Positions 37,169-49,499 are shown, counted from the first letter of the whole stretch. The stretch: DNA of 63,752 nt, filler included, from Pelomyxa schiedti (GCA_020536535.1; 7 parts of 7 records of this genome joined end to end with filler, not necessarily neighbours in it), one strand, 5' to 3'. The notes: generated from the sequence alone by a model not told the origin. Numbers and translations: made by a program.

Positions 37169-38719
37169 ATGAGCAGCGACCTCTCCGACGCGCACCGAGC
37201 TCCGACGTGCGAAACCGACATGGAGCGCTAGTTGTCGGGTCTCCCCCAAGGCATCTCGTCCTCGTCCTCATCGTCACAGAGACAACTATCCACCAAAACC
37301 CGCTCCTCTTCCTCTTCCACAGTCACCTCTTTCACCCCAAGTGCAGTGACAAGGAGCGAGCCCAAGCCCGCCGTGAAGCAGCCCAATCCCCCAAAACCCA
37401 AAAGGGGAAAGTATCTGGAAGGGTGGGGCCACGCAAACCACTTGTTGTTGTAGGTCTCACTCCAACCATCAGCATAATCACGCCTGGTGCTGCTGTTGCT
37501 GAAGGTGCACGAGTCGATAATAGTGCAGAGACAAGAATGACTTCCGCTTCCACAGGAGTGACGACGCTTGTGGGACACGTCACCACCACCAAGGTTCCTT
37601 CTGGAAACTTCCAGTCCGTGCAGCCGCACATCGAGGGAATTTACTTGAGAGAGCAGATGGTGAGCCTCCTCGTGGGAACTCTTCCCAGGTGCGGAAGTGC
37701 TTCTGCCCTGCGATTTCTGACGCCGTCGTTGCTATTCCGTATTCATTTGGGCAAGGTCCACCGAGAAGAGGCTGGTGATAGTGCTCCGCACCGGCACCGG
37801 TCAAGGAAATCCTGAAGCTCGGACTCTGGCAGGATGCGGGTGTCATATCCTCGGAATTGGAAGTCAATCCCGTGTGGCGTCCCCCTGAAGAGCCCTGGGC
37901 GGGGGAGGATCACTACGTCGTTCACGAGAAGAATGGGCCACGCACTCCTTCCATTTTCAAGCTTCGCGACGTGTAAAGACTGGGAGACTCGAGGGTCTTG
38001 CTTGTGATCCCTCCCCCTCGAGCATTTCACTGGAAGACAAACAGCCACTGGATCCTTTATCACTATGGAACTGAACCAGAATTTTACATTGAGCCTGCCC
38101 TGCTTCCCCCCACACCACCACAAATTGGAAGTTCCTCCTCCGCCTCTTCCTCCTCCCTCTTGAAGGTTCAACAAGAAGAGCTGGGCCTGTTGGAGGGACA
38201 CGTGATGTCCTTGGTCACCCTGAGCAAGAGGGAGCCCCACCTGGCGCTCCTCGTTTCACGGAAGGTGAACGCGAATGGCACGCAGCCTGAGTATGACATA
38301 ATATTCTGGAACGTCAAGAAGTCAATGGAGAGCAAGCGATTCCACGAGATGGAGAGGTGGCTGGTGACTGGGATGCAGGCCCGGGAAGGTGAGACCATTT
38401 TGAGTGTGTTTGTGATCAGGTCCTGTGGCTCTGATGATAACGACTACCTGGGTGACGACGCAGTCGTGGTTGCCAAATCGTCGATGGGTAGAGTCTATGT
38501 CATTAAGAGGAAGAATCCAGCAGCACCTCACCTCGTCCAAAGTGCTGGGTGTGCAGTCAGGAACTTGTTCCCAATTGGGAACGGAACCAAGTTCTGCATC
38601 ACATACGACGGAAGATATGAAATACGAGACGTGAACACGCCAGAGAACGTGCTGATGACCGTCGACATCACAGGGTTCAAGTCGGTGGAATGGGAGACAA
38701 ACACTGGCCTCATGCTGGC
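37169..38719 (+). pseudogene. Degenerate ARDQ-family gene
   Basis: Family motif LREQMVSLLVGTLPRCGSASAL is followed by a frameshift near 37740 and an in-frame TAA near 37975 before ORF 37998..; truncated by the linker. Confidence 0.55.
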
Positions 38720-38819
38720 NNNNNNNNNNNNNNNNNNNNNNNNNNNNNNNNNNNNNNNNNNNNTTAATTAATTAANNNNNNNNNNNNNNNNNNNNNNNNN
38801 NNNNNNNNNNNNNNNNNNN
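38720..38819. other. Artificial contig linker
   Basis: N...TTAATTAATTAA...N. Confidence 0.95.
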
Positions 38820-39172
38820 TCAAGGTGAATGACAACAACTTGCTCGCGATGATGATGCACCAGAAGAGAGTTGGTTGCACTGAGTGGCTCATCAACCAGT
38901 TCCATGTCAAGTTGAACGAGATAACCAGACTGGCAGCCAATCACAAAATTACCTCTGTTTCAGTGGGCATGTGGAAGATGCTGATGCGTGTGTTCCCTGA
39001 AATGACAGCCTCTTTTGTGAGGGACCACTTCATGGAATGGGTGTTGGTCTCTCCACTTCACACATCTGTCACAATGAAAACCGTTGGGCTCACAAAGGCT
39101 GACGTTGACTGGTACATCAACAACAAGCCCAGCGAAAATTCAAGTGATACAAGGGGCAGCAGTGATGAATGA
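38820..39172 (+). CDS. 3' end of ankyrin-like family protein
   Basis: EWLINQFH...WKMLMRVFPEMTASFVR...SP...GLTK matches the C-terminus of 24739..27147. Confidence 0.65.
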
Positions 39173-39448
39173 AAAGAGACAGTCGCTTGGTTTTTCGGCC
39201 TGATTCATTTCCATCATCGATCACATGCACAAGCGGGTCGGGGCCACGTGTTGGGCCCTACAAGTGGTTCGATGCTGTGTTTAATGGCAACGCTCATGTG
39301 CTTTGACACATGGGTCAAAATTGACTGTGAGTCCTCTTTGTAACTAAAACTATGTTTTATTTACAAATCAACATACAGGAAGAACCTTTCACGAACGATC
39401 TGGGGCTTGTTTTTTCCCAAATCTCATCTTTGCCCTTTCGCACGGAAG

Positions 39449-42400
39449 ATGGCAGCAGCAACAAACAACAGCGCACCACGTGTTGAGCCCTTTGGGTGGC
39501 TCAACACCGCTTATTCTGGCAACGTTGACAAGCTGCGGGAGATGCTGGCTCGCGACCCCGGGCTGCTCAACTCTGTCAACAACGAACGACACCGACTGGT
39601 GTGCGAACTTCACCTGGAAGTCGGGATGGCGTGGGCGGCAGAATAAAACTTTTTTTTTTTTTTTTGTTTCTTAGTAAGTTCTCATATAATATGTTTTTTT
39701 TTTTTTCGATATATACATAGAAATTAATTCTGTTTTTGGGGCGCAGACAGCGTTGCACTTCGCCACGTGGGCAGGGGAACAACAGTGCGTTGAGTTCCTG
39801 TTGTCAATGAATATCAATGTCAATTCTCAAGTTTGTTATCGTTACTTATACTAGTCACTTACGAGCTTGCATTCTCTCACTTCACAGATTGTGTGTAAAA
39901 CCTCCCTCAATTAGAAAGCACAGCGCTTTAACTCCTCCCCTCCAGGGTAAACGTGTATGTACATCCTCATAGCTCCCAACCATATTATTGTATTCATCTG
40001 ACTTGCTTCATTTTTCACTTGATTTACTCTGTCTGTGGTGTGTTTAGTATGTGAGTATCCCCCAACCCATTTTATTGGCAATTATTCATCGATTTACTGA
40101 TTTGCTTCAATTTTCTCTATCTGTGGCGTATTTAGTCTGTGTGTATCTACCAACCTGTTTTATTGCATTTCTCATCACTCCATTCTTTGTTCTGTGGCGT
40201 CTTTAGATTGTGTGTATCCCTCAACCCCTTTTATTGCCATTATTCATCAATTTCTCCATTTCATTGCTCTGCTCTGTCTGGCAGTTAGGAAGTGCATATC
40301 CACCACTTTTAATATGTTATTCATGGATTTGTCTGACTTGCTTCAAATTCTCAATTCCTTTGCTCTGCTGTGTGTTTAGTGGGTGTGTTGTTGCATTATT
40401 CATCATGAATTGAATTGACGTGGTTCAATTTTCACTCCTTGCTTTTTTGTGTGATAAACTCAGGGAGTATGTAGCCACCAACCCTTTTATTGCTTTATTT
40501 CGTGGATTTCTCTGACTTGATTCAATTTTCATTTTATCTGATTTGATCTGTCTGTGTTTATAGATTGTGTGTATCCACCAACCTTTTTCCATTTTCTCAT
40601 AAATTTCTCTTGTTCCTTTGCTTCTGTCGTGCTTGCTATGGGGTGAAACGCGTTATTCATCAATTTCTCTGTTTCTCGTTTCGGTTTGTCTCTCTCATCC
40701 TCAGGAAGTATGATTGTTTTTTCTTCTGTTCCCCACTTATAGAGCTCTTTTTTTTTTGGATCTGTTGAATCAAAGGGTGATGTGTGTCTTCTTTTCTTTC
40801 TTTGTTGTGTTTTACACAAAACACTTAATTTTCATCTCTATCCTCTCTCAGACTGCACTTCACATTGCCTGCAAAACAGGACATGTTGAAATTGGGAAAC
40901 TACTTCTCTCCTGTGTGGGGATTGACACCAACATAAAGGTTTCTTTTCCCCATAAGAGTGTGTATCGTTGATGTGTCGTGATTTACGTGCCACGTGGGTT
41001 GGGCACAGAACAAGGATGGGAAAACAGCACTCGAGTGCTCGAAAAATGATGCAGTGCGGCAGTTGTTCCCAGCCCCATTGACGTCATCATCAACAACTGT
41101 TGATTATGTTGTTGACGAGTCAGCACCACTACAACAACTGCGACATTCTCCTGCCTCAAACAGGCCACCACCCACCTCACAACATCAAAAAGAAGAGACT
41201 GCAGAACTGAAGGCCCGAATCACACAATTGGAGGAGGAAAACGGAAGGAACCTAAAAATGATTGAAGAGGTGTGCGTTGCTGCTGTTTCTGAACAGAACT
41301 GTTTTAACTCATCTTGCAGCAAGGGTTTTTAGAATCCTTTCTCTTTGTTATTAATGTTCAAACAAGAGCTGATGGTTGAAGGAAGCAAGTACAAAGAACC
41401 TGCATATGTTTTGTGCCGAAAAAGCATCCGACCAACAAAGATTTCATGATCTCCAACACTGTTTGTGCTGCCCACTCAACATACCCTTCCCCTCAACCCA
41501 CACCGCCAACATTTTAACAACTGTCAAACAGACATGAATCATGTGATGTCACATGTTGAACAAGGAGAAGGCACGTGGTGCAACATTCTCCCTGAAAACA
41601 ACAACAACAACTGCAAGCGATCCCAAATCAGGATTGCGTTTGAGGACCTTCCCTCTTTCAATGAAATTGTGTGTGGATTCTGTCCTCTTCAAATGGTGCT
41701 TTCCGCTCTGCTCTCACTGCTTCCAGGGAAACCCCCGAAGCTAACAAACACAGGTTGTGAGTTTGGAGTTGAACCATCTCAGCAAGTAATTTTCACTGTT
41801 GTTGATGAAAACAAAACAACAACTCTGAGGAACAGCTGTTGACCGATTCATACAGAACCTTGGATGGCATTCATCAACAACAAGGAAACGGCCCCAACAA
41901 CAGAGTCGTCCAATTCCAAGTGCGAATCAAATCAACTGTGTCAATCCAAGAAAAAGATCTGAAGGTTGTTTCCACACTTGGGTCTGGAGCGTATGGAACT
42001 GTTTTCAAGTGCACCTTCGTTCACAGCACTGCAACCACTTCCTCCTCCACAACATCATCAGAAACAACAACATTTGTGGCAGTGAAAGCACTTCACGAAA
42101 TCATAAGGAGTGAGTTTAATATCACCCAGTTTCAACAGGAAGCTCTGGTGAGTGAGGAGGGAGGGAGGAGTGTTCGTTTTCTCTCTGTTTGAAACAATTC
42201 ATTCAGAAACACTCACCATCACACACACAGATTTCATCAAGTTTGAGACATCCCAACATTGTGAGATGCCTTGGAACGTGCGTCACGAGCACAGGGTCAC
42301 TCTGGATTGTCTCCGAACTCATGGAATTGAGCCTCAGGCAGCTCCTTCGTCATGTTTGTTTTGTTGCTCATCTCTCAACACTCACATTCCCACAGAAAAA

Positions 42401-43257
42401 TTTGACATTCATGGAAGTTGTTGCAGTCTCTTCAGGAATTGCGAAAGGAATGACAGCACTCCACATATTTGTTTCTTGATGACCTCTCGTTTCCCTCTTT
42501 TGTTGTTGACCAAATTTTTATGTGCCATCTACTCCCATCCCATGATTAATGACGATTCAATACAGGAGGGATTTCATGCACCGGGACCTGAACAGCTACA
42601 ATGTTCTCCTGGATTCTTGTGGAATTCCAAAGATTGCTGATTTTGGTATTTTCTTATTCCTCATGTCACAACGTTGCACAGGGTCATAATTTGAATTGCA
42701 GGAGTGTCGAGAGCTCTCCTGTCCAATGGTGGAACTGGCACCGGAACCACTGTCCCACTTCGGAGTGTAACAATTGCTGGAACACCTGTTTACCTTCCGC
42801 CGCAGATGTACAGTCGTCATTATGGAATTAAAGGTTCGGAAAATTCTCCTGCCATACTGTCCTTCGCACTGCTCACCCATCTCAAGGCGACATGTGGGAT
42901 TTTGCAGTTCTGTTGGGTGAACTTCTCAGAGGCACCCCACCAGAGGCCGTGGTTCCAAAGGCTGCCACTCAGATTCATGAGTTCATCAGAGTCCAGAGAA
43001 CTCAGCTGTCACCCCCGGAAATTGCCGGTTCGTTGTTTTGCAAGTCAAAAGTCTCTCCCTTCCCAACTGTAACTCACAACCCACACAGAGGTGGACCGGC
43101 TTTGTGACGATGCCGGAGATTATCCCGTTGCGGAGTGCCTCAGCCGGAGGAATGCAATCATTGAGGCACTGCGGTTGGACCCAGAGTTGAACAACGCGCA
43201 CCCTGCGTGCGTTGGTCAGTTCTCACTCGTTGTTGAGCTTTGCCTCTCAATCCTCGG
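39449..43257 (+). pseudogene. Ankyrin - coiled coil - ubiquitin-like - TKL kinase gene, copy A (microexon array intact; downstream part frameshifted)
   Basis: Ankyrin exons TALHFATWAG and TALHIACKTG; kinase LGSGAYGTV, VAVK, HRDLNSYN, IADFG. Compared with copy B it has frameshifting deletions at ~41375 and ~41760, and no recognisable subdomain XI (RPSF) exon. Confidence 0.6.
39888..40781 (+). other. Array of 11 phase-0 microexons (copy A)
   Basis: AG|exon|GT at ATT 39888, GGTAAACGT 39946, TAT 40048, TCT 40136, ATT 40207, GAA 40289, TGG 40380, GGA 40464, ATT 40564, GAA 40705, GGTGAT 40776. Confidence 0.75.
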
Positions 43258-44176
43258 TTCGTTATTTCCACCCCGAATTCAATTAATTAATTTTAAATTC
43301 ATGGGGAACTGGAAGCCAACAACGCAATTTAAATCAATTCCCGCCTGGCCACCCTCACAACAATCACTCATCATCATAATCGACATGCACTCGGTTGCTG
43401 AATGAAACGAAAAGAGAAAACAATAGGGTCAGGGCAGAGAACATACCTAGTTGACCCAGTGGTGTTACAGTGCCATGGATTGGATATGTGTCCACCAGAG
43501 CAAAGATCGGGACAGTGCATTGTAAGGTTCCTCGGACATCACTCGTGTGTCGTCGCACCACTACAACGCGTGTTTCATCATTTGCGCACGCTCGACATCT
43601 GCATCGGGATCGGCACCGCGTAATCGAGGAGAAGAAGGAACGTACGTAGATTATAGCGCTATAAACGAGGAGAACGTGGTGGAAAGACAGAGGGAGCAAC
43701 CTCCAGGCGACGCCACGTCAAGCAGGGCACAACCACCCTGTTATTCCTCAAGAGCTGTGAGAGATCCTGGGGAGGACATCTACCCGAAAAAGGCATCACC
43801 CACAAAGTCTGACAACTTCAATGACACGTGATGTTGTGCTGTGGGTTCACTGAATACTTAGAACGAACACGTCCGTCACTCCCTGTCACAATGGGGACCA
43901 AGGTGAAGGTGTGGCGATTACCAAGAGGCTAAATCGCAACACCGGGCGTTCTGGTGACTTCTTTCTAATCTGATGGATTTCCGGGAAAACTACCCCGAAT
44001 AACTGAGGGAGATTCAGGCGACACCTAGAACTGATTCTGGTGCCTTTATAAGGCGGGAACAACACCGTTGTAGTCACTCACTAAAGTAATAAACAACTCT
44101 TGTGTTTGTTGGAGCTTGCAAGACACGAATTTTTTTTGATCTTTGGGTGGTTCTCACCGCATTGGCCGTCAACCTC

Positions 44177-47100
44177 ATGGCAGCAGCAACAACAGCAACA
44201 GCGTCACCCACGGGGGGTCCACGCGCGGGACCCACTGAGTGGTTCAGTGCCGCGTGGAGCGGCGACACCGACGCACTGCGGCGTCTGTTGGCCGGTGACC
44301 GCGGCCTGCTAAACTCCGTTAATTACGAACGACAACGAGTGGTGTGAATGCGCTGACCAAATCTTTTTTTTTTTTTTTCCCCACACGCTTCAATAATTCC
44401 GTTTTTTTGCACACATACACCACAGACAGCGTTGCATGCAGCGACGTGGGGGGGGAAACCACGGTGTGTCGAATTCCTGCTGTCAATGAATATTGATGTC
44501 AATTCACAAGTATGCCACTGGTTTGATGTGCCTCGTCACTAACCACACTTGTATCTCTCGCTTCACAAACAGATTGTGTGTGATACTACTACTACCCATC
44601 CTGATTATAGGTTTACATTCTCTTCCCTCTAACAACCGTAAATCCAGGTGGAGCCTGTATGTACTGCCACAATCTCAATCCTTTTATTGCACAATTTTTA
44701 CTCTTTGCTGCTCTCTCTCTCTATGGCGTACTTTAGCATGTGTGTAAACCCATCCTTTTATTGCGTTGTTATTCATCGACTTCTATGACTTGCTTCAATT
44801 TTCACTCTTTGCTTTGCTCTCTCTCTCCCTGTCTTTATGGCATGCTTTAGCTTGTGTGTAAACCCACCCTTTTATTGCGTTGTTATTCATCGATTTCTAT
44901 GACTTGCTTGAATTTTCACTCTTTGCTTTGCTCTCTCTCTCTGTCTCTGTGGCATGCTTTAGTATGTGTGTAAACCCACCCTTTTATTGTGTTGTTATTC
45001 ATCGATTTGTATGACTTGCTTCAATTTTCACTCTTTGCTTTGCTCTCTCTCTCTGTTTCTATGGCATGCTTTAGCTTGTGTGTAAACCCAGTTATGGCGT
45101 TGTTATTCATCGATTTCTATGACTTGCTTCAATTTTCACTCTTTGCTTTGCTCTCTCTCTCCCTGTCTTTATGGCATGCTTTAGCTTGTGTGTAAACCCA
45201 CCCTTTTATTGCGTTGTTATTCATCGATTTCTATGACTTGCTTCAATTTTCACTCTTTGCTTTGCTCTCTGTGATAAACTCAGGGAGTGTGTAAACCCAC
45301 CCTTTTATTGTGTTGTTATTCATCGATTTGTATGACTTGCTTCAATTTTCACTCTTTGCTTTGCTCTCTCTCCCTGTCTTTATGGCATGCTTTAGTTTGT
45401 GTGTAAACCCACCCTTTTATTGCTTCAATTTTCTGTGACACTTTCTTTCTTTCTTTTTGGGCTGCCATATCTCAGGGAGTAAGTAAACACACAACCTGCC
45501 AAGCTTTTTGTTTCTAACTTTTCGGGAAATTAACTGCTTTACACTACTGGCCACCAGATTGTACATGAACTCACACCTTGATTCTTTCTTTACTTAACTC
45601 TTTTTTTTTTTTTTTTCAGGAAGTATGAGCTTGTTTTTTTTTTTTTTTTTGCATTCCTCAATGTCATCTCTACTTTTCGTGGGGGTCTCTCTGTCAAATG
45701 AAAAGGGTGATGTATGTGAATGTCCTTTGTGTTTCCTTTCCTTTGTCTGTTGTTTGACACACTTAAAACTTAATTTTCATCTTTCTCTCTCTCAGACCGC
45801 ACTTCACATTGCCTCCAGAAGGGGAAATCCTGAAATTGTGAAACAACTTCTGTCTTGTGTGGGCACTGGCACTCACATCAAGGTGTGGTGTTTTTCCCTG
45901 TGTTGCTTGTTATGTGTTGTAATTTTCCTGTTGGAAAAGAACAAAGAGGGAAAAACAGCTGTTGAGTACTCCAAGAATGATGAAGTCCGGCAACTGTTCC
46001 AATCTGTGTGTTGCAAAATCCCCGCTGCCACAGCAACAAAAACAATAGCAACACAGACAGTCTCCACCACTCCCAAAATAGCACAACAACAACCCCACAA
46101 TCTTGTTGCCCAAGACTTGCTGGAGTATTCATTCTCATTGCCTCAAAACAACCCACCACCCTCCACTGCAAACAAGTCATCATTATCTTCATCACTCACC
46201 TCATCACAACCACAATCAATGCAAGCACCACAAACAGTTGGGAGACAAGGAAGAACCTCCTGGGAAATCGAGGCAAAACAGCAGAAGAGTTGAGACAAAT
46301 TCCCCCAACCCCCCTCCCTGTTCCTAAAACCAAATTCAAATGTTGTGCACTTCAAAAAGATGAGATCACAGAACTGAAGGCACAAATCACACAATTGGAG
46401 GATGAAAATTCAAAGAACCTGAAGCTTCTCCATGAAGAAAGAAAATGCAGACAAGTCGACCAAGAAAGGTTTCATGAACTGCAACGGAACTGTTTGTGCC
46501 CCCCCACTCCTCCCCTTTCCTTTTTTTTTGTTTTTCTGACACCTGTTTTGGATGGACATCAAGGGAAACAGAATTCAGAAGTGTGTGTTTGTTGTTTGTC
46601 TTGCAATAATAATAAAAAATAATCTCTTTTGACAACACATCATCTATCAAGATGGAACTGCAAAGGTTGCAAGAAAAAACCGTGTTGGACATGACTGCAA
46701 AGAACAAGGGTTTGTCAACACCTTTTCTCCTCCTCCATTTTCTCTTTCTTCTTGTTTCGAACTCAACTGATTGTGCACTCATTGGTCATCCCTTTTTTTT
46801 CCCTTTTTACAAAAGCAGAGCTCATGGAACTGGAGGCACACATCACAACATTGGAGGAAGAAAGTACAAAGAACCTGAAGATCTTTTGTGACGAAAGAGC
46901 ACTTGAACAACAAAGATTTCGTGATCTCCAACACTGTTTGTGTTCAGTCAATACACCCCCTTTCTCAACCACACACACGATACACACACACGCGATATAT
47001 ACACCATCAATCTAACTGTAAAGCCAGACACCACTCACGTGATGTCACATGTTGAGCAAGGAGAAGGGATGTGGTGCAACATTCTCCCTGAAAATAGCAA

Positions 47101-49277
47101 CGTAAACACCAACAGCAACAACTGCAAGCAATCACAAGTCAGGATTGCGTTTGAGGATCTTCCCTCTTTCGAAGAAATTGTGTGTGGCTCCTGTTCTCTT
47201 CAAATGGTGCTCTTTCCCCTCCCTTGAATCGAATTCCCCTCTCTTTTTCCTTGAAACAAACCAAACGAACAAACGCAGGTTGTGAAACTTATCATCTCCA
47301 GGAAGTTTGGGGTTGAACCAACTCAACAAGTCATTTTCATTGTTGGTTCAGATGAACGCTCGGAGGAGGTGTTGACTGATCCATTCAGAACCTTGGAAGA
47401 AATTCAACAACAACGACAACAAGGCAACAGCGTCAACAGCATCAGCACAAACGGAGTTGTTGTGTCAATACAAGTGCGAATCAAATCAAGCATGACAATA
47501 CAAGAGAAAGACTTGAAAGTTGTTTCCACACTTGGATCTGGATCGTATGGAACTGTTTTCAAGTGCTCCTTCCTCCACAACAACACTGCAGCAGCAACGT
47601 CTTCCTCCTCCTCCACAACATCATCAGAAACAACAACATTTGTGGCAGTAAAAGCACTTCACGAAATAATAAGGAGTGAATTTAACATCAACCAATTTCA
47701 GCAGGAAGCTCTGGTGAGCGACTTTCGTTTTCTCTGTCACTGATCTTGAAATGCACACAATTCATTCATTGAAACTCACCATCACACACACAGATTTCAT
47801 CGAGGTTGAGACATCCCAACATTGTGAGATGCCTTGGAACGTGCGTCACGAGCACAGGGTCACTCTGGATCGTCTCCGAACTCATGGAATTGAGCCTCAG
47901 GCAGCTCCTTCATCATGTTTGTTGGGCTCACACTCAATTGGCAAAATATAAATATCGCTATTTACTTTGTTGGGCTCACACACACTTCACAGAAAAAGTT
48001 GACATTCACAGAAGTTGTTGCAGTCTCTTCAGGGATTGCAAAAGGAATGACAGCTCTCCACATGTTTGTTTGTTTCCTTCTTTCTTGATGTTCCTCTCGG
48101 TTCCCTCTTTTTCTTTGTTGTTGACCAGATTTTTTTTATGTGCCATCTTCTCCCATCCCATGATTGATGAACGATTCAACACAGGAGGAATTTCATGCAC
48201 CGGGACCTGAGCAGCAACAATGTTCTCTTGGATTCTTGCGGAATTCCAAAGATTGCTGATTTTGGTATTTTCTTATTTTTATTCCTCAACAATGTTTCAC
48301 GGTGCCATCATAATTTAATAACTTGTGTGTGAATTGAAGGAGTGTCGAGAGCTCTCCCAAGCAATGGTGCTGCCACTGCACTTCGGACTTTCACGAATGG
48401 GGCTGGAACACCAGTTTACCTGTCACCGCAGATGCGCACTCGTCACTACGGAATTAAAGGTTCGGAAAATTGAATTGTTCAAACCATACCAACCACCCTT
48501 AAACACTGATCATCCACCATCTCAAGGTGACATGTGGGAGTTTGCAGTTTTGTTGAGTGAACTTCTCAGAGGCTCCACACCGGAAGCCATTGTTCCAAAG
48601 GCTGCCACTCAGATTCATGAGTTCATTCGAGTCCAGAAAACTCAGCTGGCACCCCCGGAAATTGCCGGTTCGTTGTTGTGCAAAAGTCTCTCCCTTCTCA
48701 ACTGTAACTCACAACCACACACCCTCACAGAGGTGAACCGGCTTTGCACTGATGCTGGGGATTATCCCGTTGTGGAGTGCCTCATCCGGAGGAATGCAAT
48801 CATTGAGGCACTGCGGTTGGACCCAGAGTTGAACAACACGCACCCTACGTGCGTTGGCCAGTTCTCACTTGTTGTTGAGTCTTGCCTCTCAATCCTTGGT
48901 TCGTTATTTCCCCCCTCCACCACCGCTCCATTTTAAATAACAACTGCGTAAAATGGACAAGAATATACAAGTGGGTCTATCGAAATGGCAGTTAAACTTA
49001 AGTTAATATAATAATATGCCTTCCACCCGACTCACCAACACACACACGCACAGAGATCAACCGGCCATCGTTTCCGGTGATTGAGAGAATGCTGATGACA
49101 TGTGCCGAGATCGTGTTCGCCAATTCTCGCAACAACCCCACCGCAACAACAACCGCCACCACCAACGCTCCCATAATCGACAACCGCGACGTGGCCGCGC
49201 ACATCACCACGTGCCTCGCAAACATGGCCGCATCGTTCCCTGGCCGCAGCAACAACAACCAAACAACATCTTCGTAA
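44177..49277 (+). CDS. Ankyrin - coiled coil - ubiquitin-like - TKL kinase gene, copy B (apparently intact)
   Basis: Ankyrin exons (TALHAATWGG, TALHIASRRG, NKEGKTAVEY), repeated coiled-coil exons, Ub-like VKLIISRKFGVEPTQQVIF...LTDPFRTL, kinase LGSGSYGTV/VAVK/HPNIV/HRDLSSNN/IADFG/GTPVYLSPQ/DMWEF, and terminal exon EINRPSFPVIE. Confidence 0.8.
44573..45711 (+). other. Array of 13 phase-0 microexons (copy B)
   Basis: AG|exon|GT at ATT 44573, GTGGAGCCT 44648, CAT 44737, CTT 44851, TAT 44963, CTT 45075, CTT 45185, GGA 45284, TTT 45396, GGA 45476, ATT 45558, GAA 45620, GGTGAT 45706. Confidence 0.8.
44690..45430 (+). repeat. Tandem ~100-114 bp repeat (about 7 units); each unit is one intron plus one 3-nt exon
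   Basis: Unit: gtgtgtaaacccacccttttattgcgttgttattcatcgatttctatgacttgcttcaattttcactctttgctttgctctc...ggcatgctttag-NNN. Confidence 0.9.
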
Positions 49278-49499
49278 TGATGATGATCAACTCTCACAAC
49301 ACCACACACAAATACACACATTCACAAGTGGTGCATTTCCAATTGGTATTGTAGTGGCTGTTACATCCACACAAGCAAGCAACAGCATTTGTGACAGCTG
49401 TCCCCATCACTTCCAAACTCTTTCCTGGAAAGATCGTGTTCTGGGTCGCCACCACCAACAGCGACACCACGGCCACCATCGCCATCACAGCAACCGAAA

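Noticed and set aside
39675-39677. ttag|TAA|gtt in intron 1 of kinase copy A as a poison microexon
   Set aside because: Weak donor and no counterpart in copy B; could arise by chance in T-rich intron sequence.
40636-40650. Possible twelfth microexon in copy A (ctat ggg gtgaaa)
   Set aside because: Lacks the acceptor AG; at most a decayed unit.
44690-45430. CRISPR-like interpretation of the tandem repeat
   Set aside because: Eukaryotic intron context, no unique spacers beyond 3 nt, and no cas genes; better explained as intron+microexon units.
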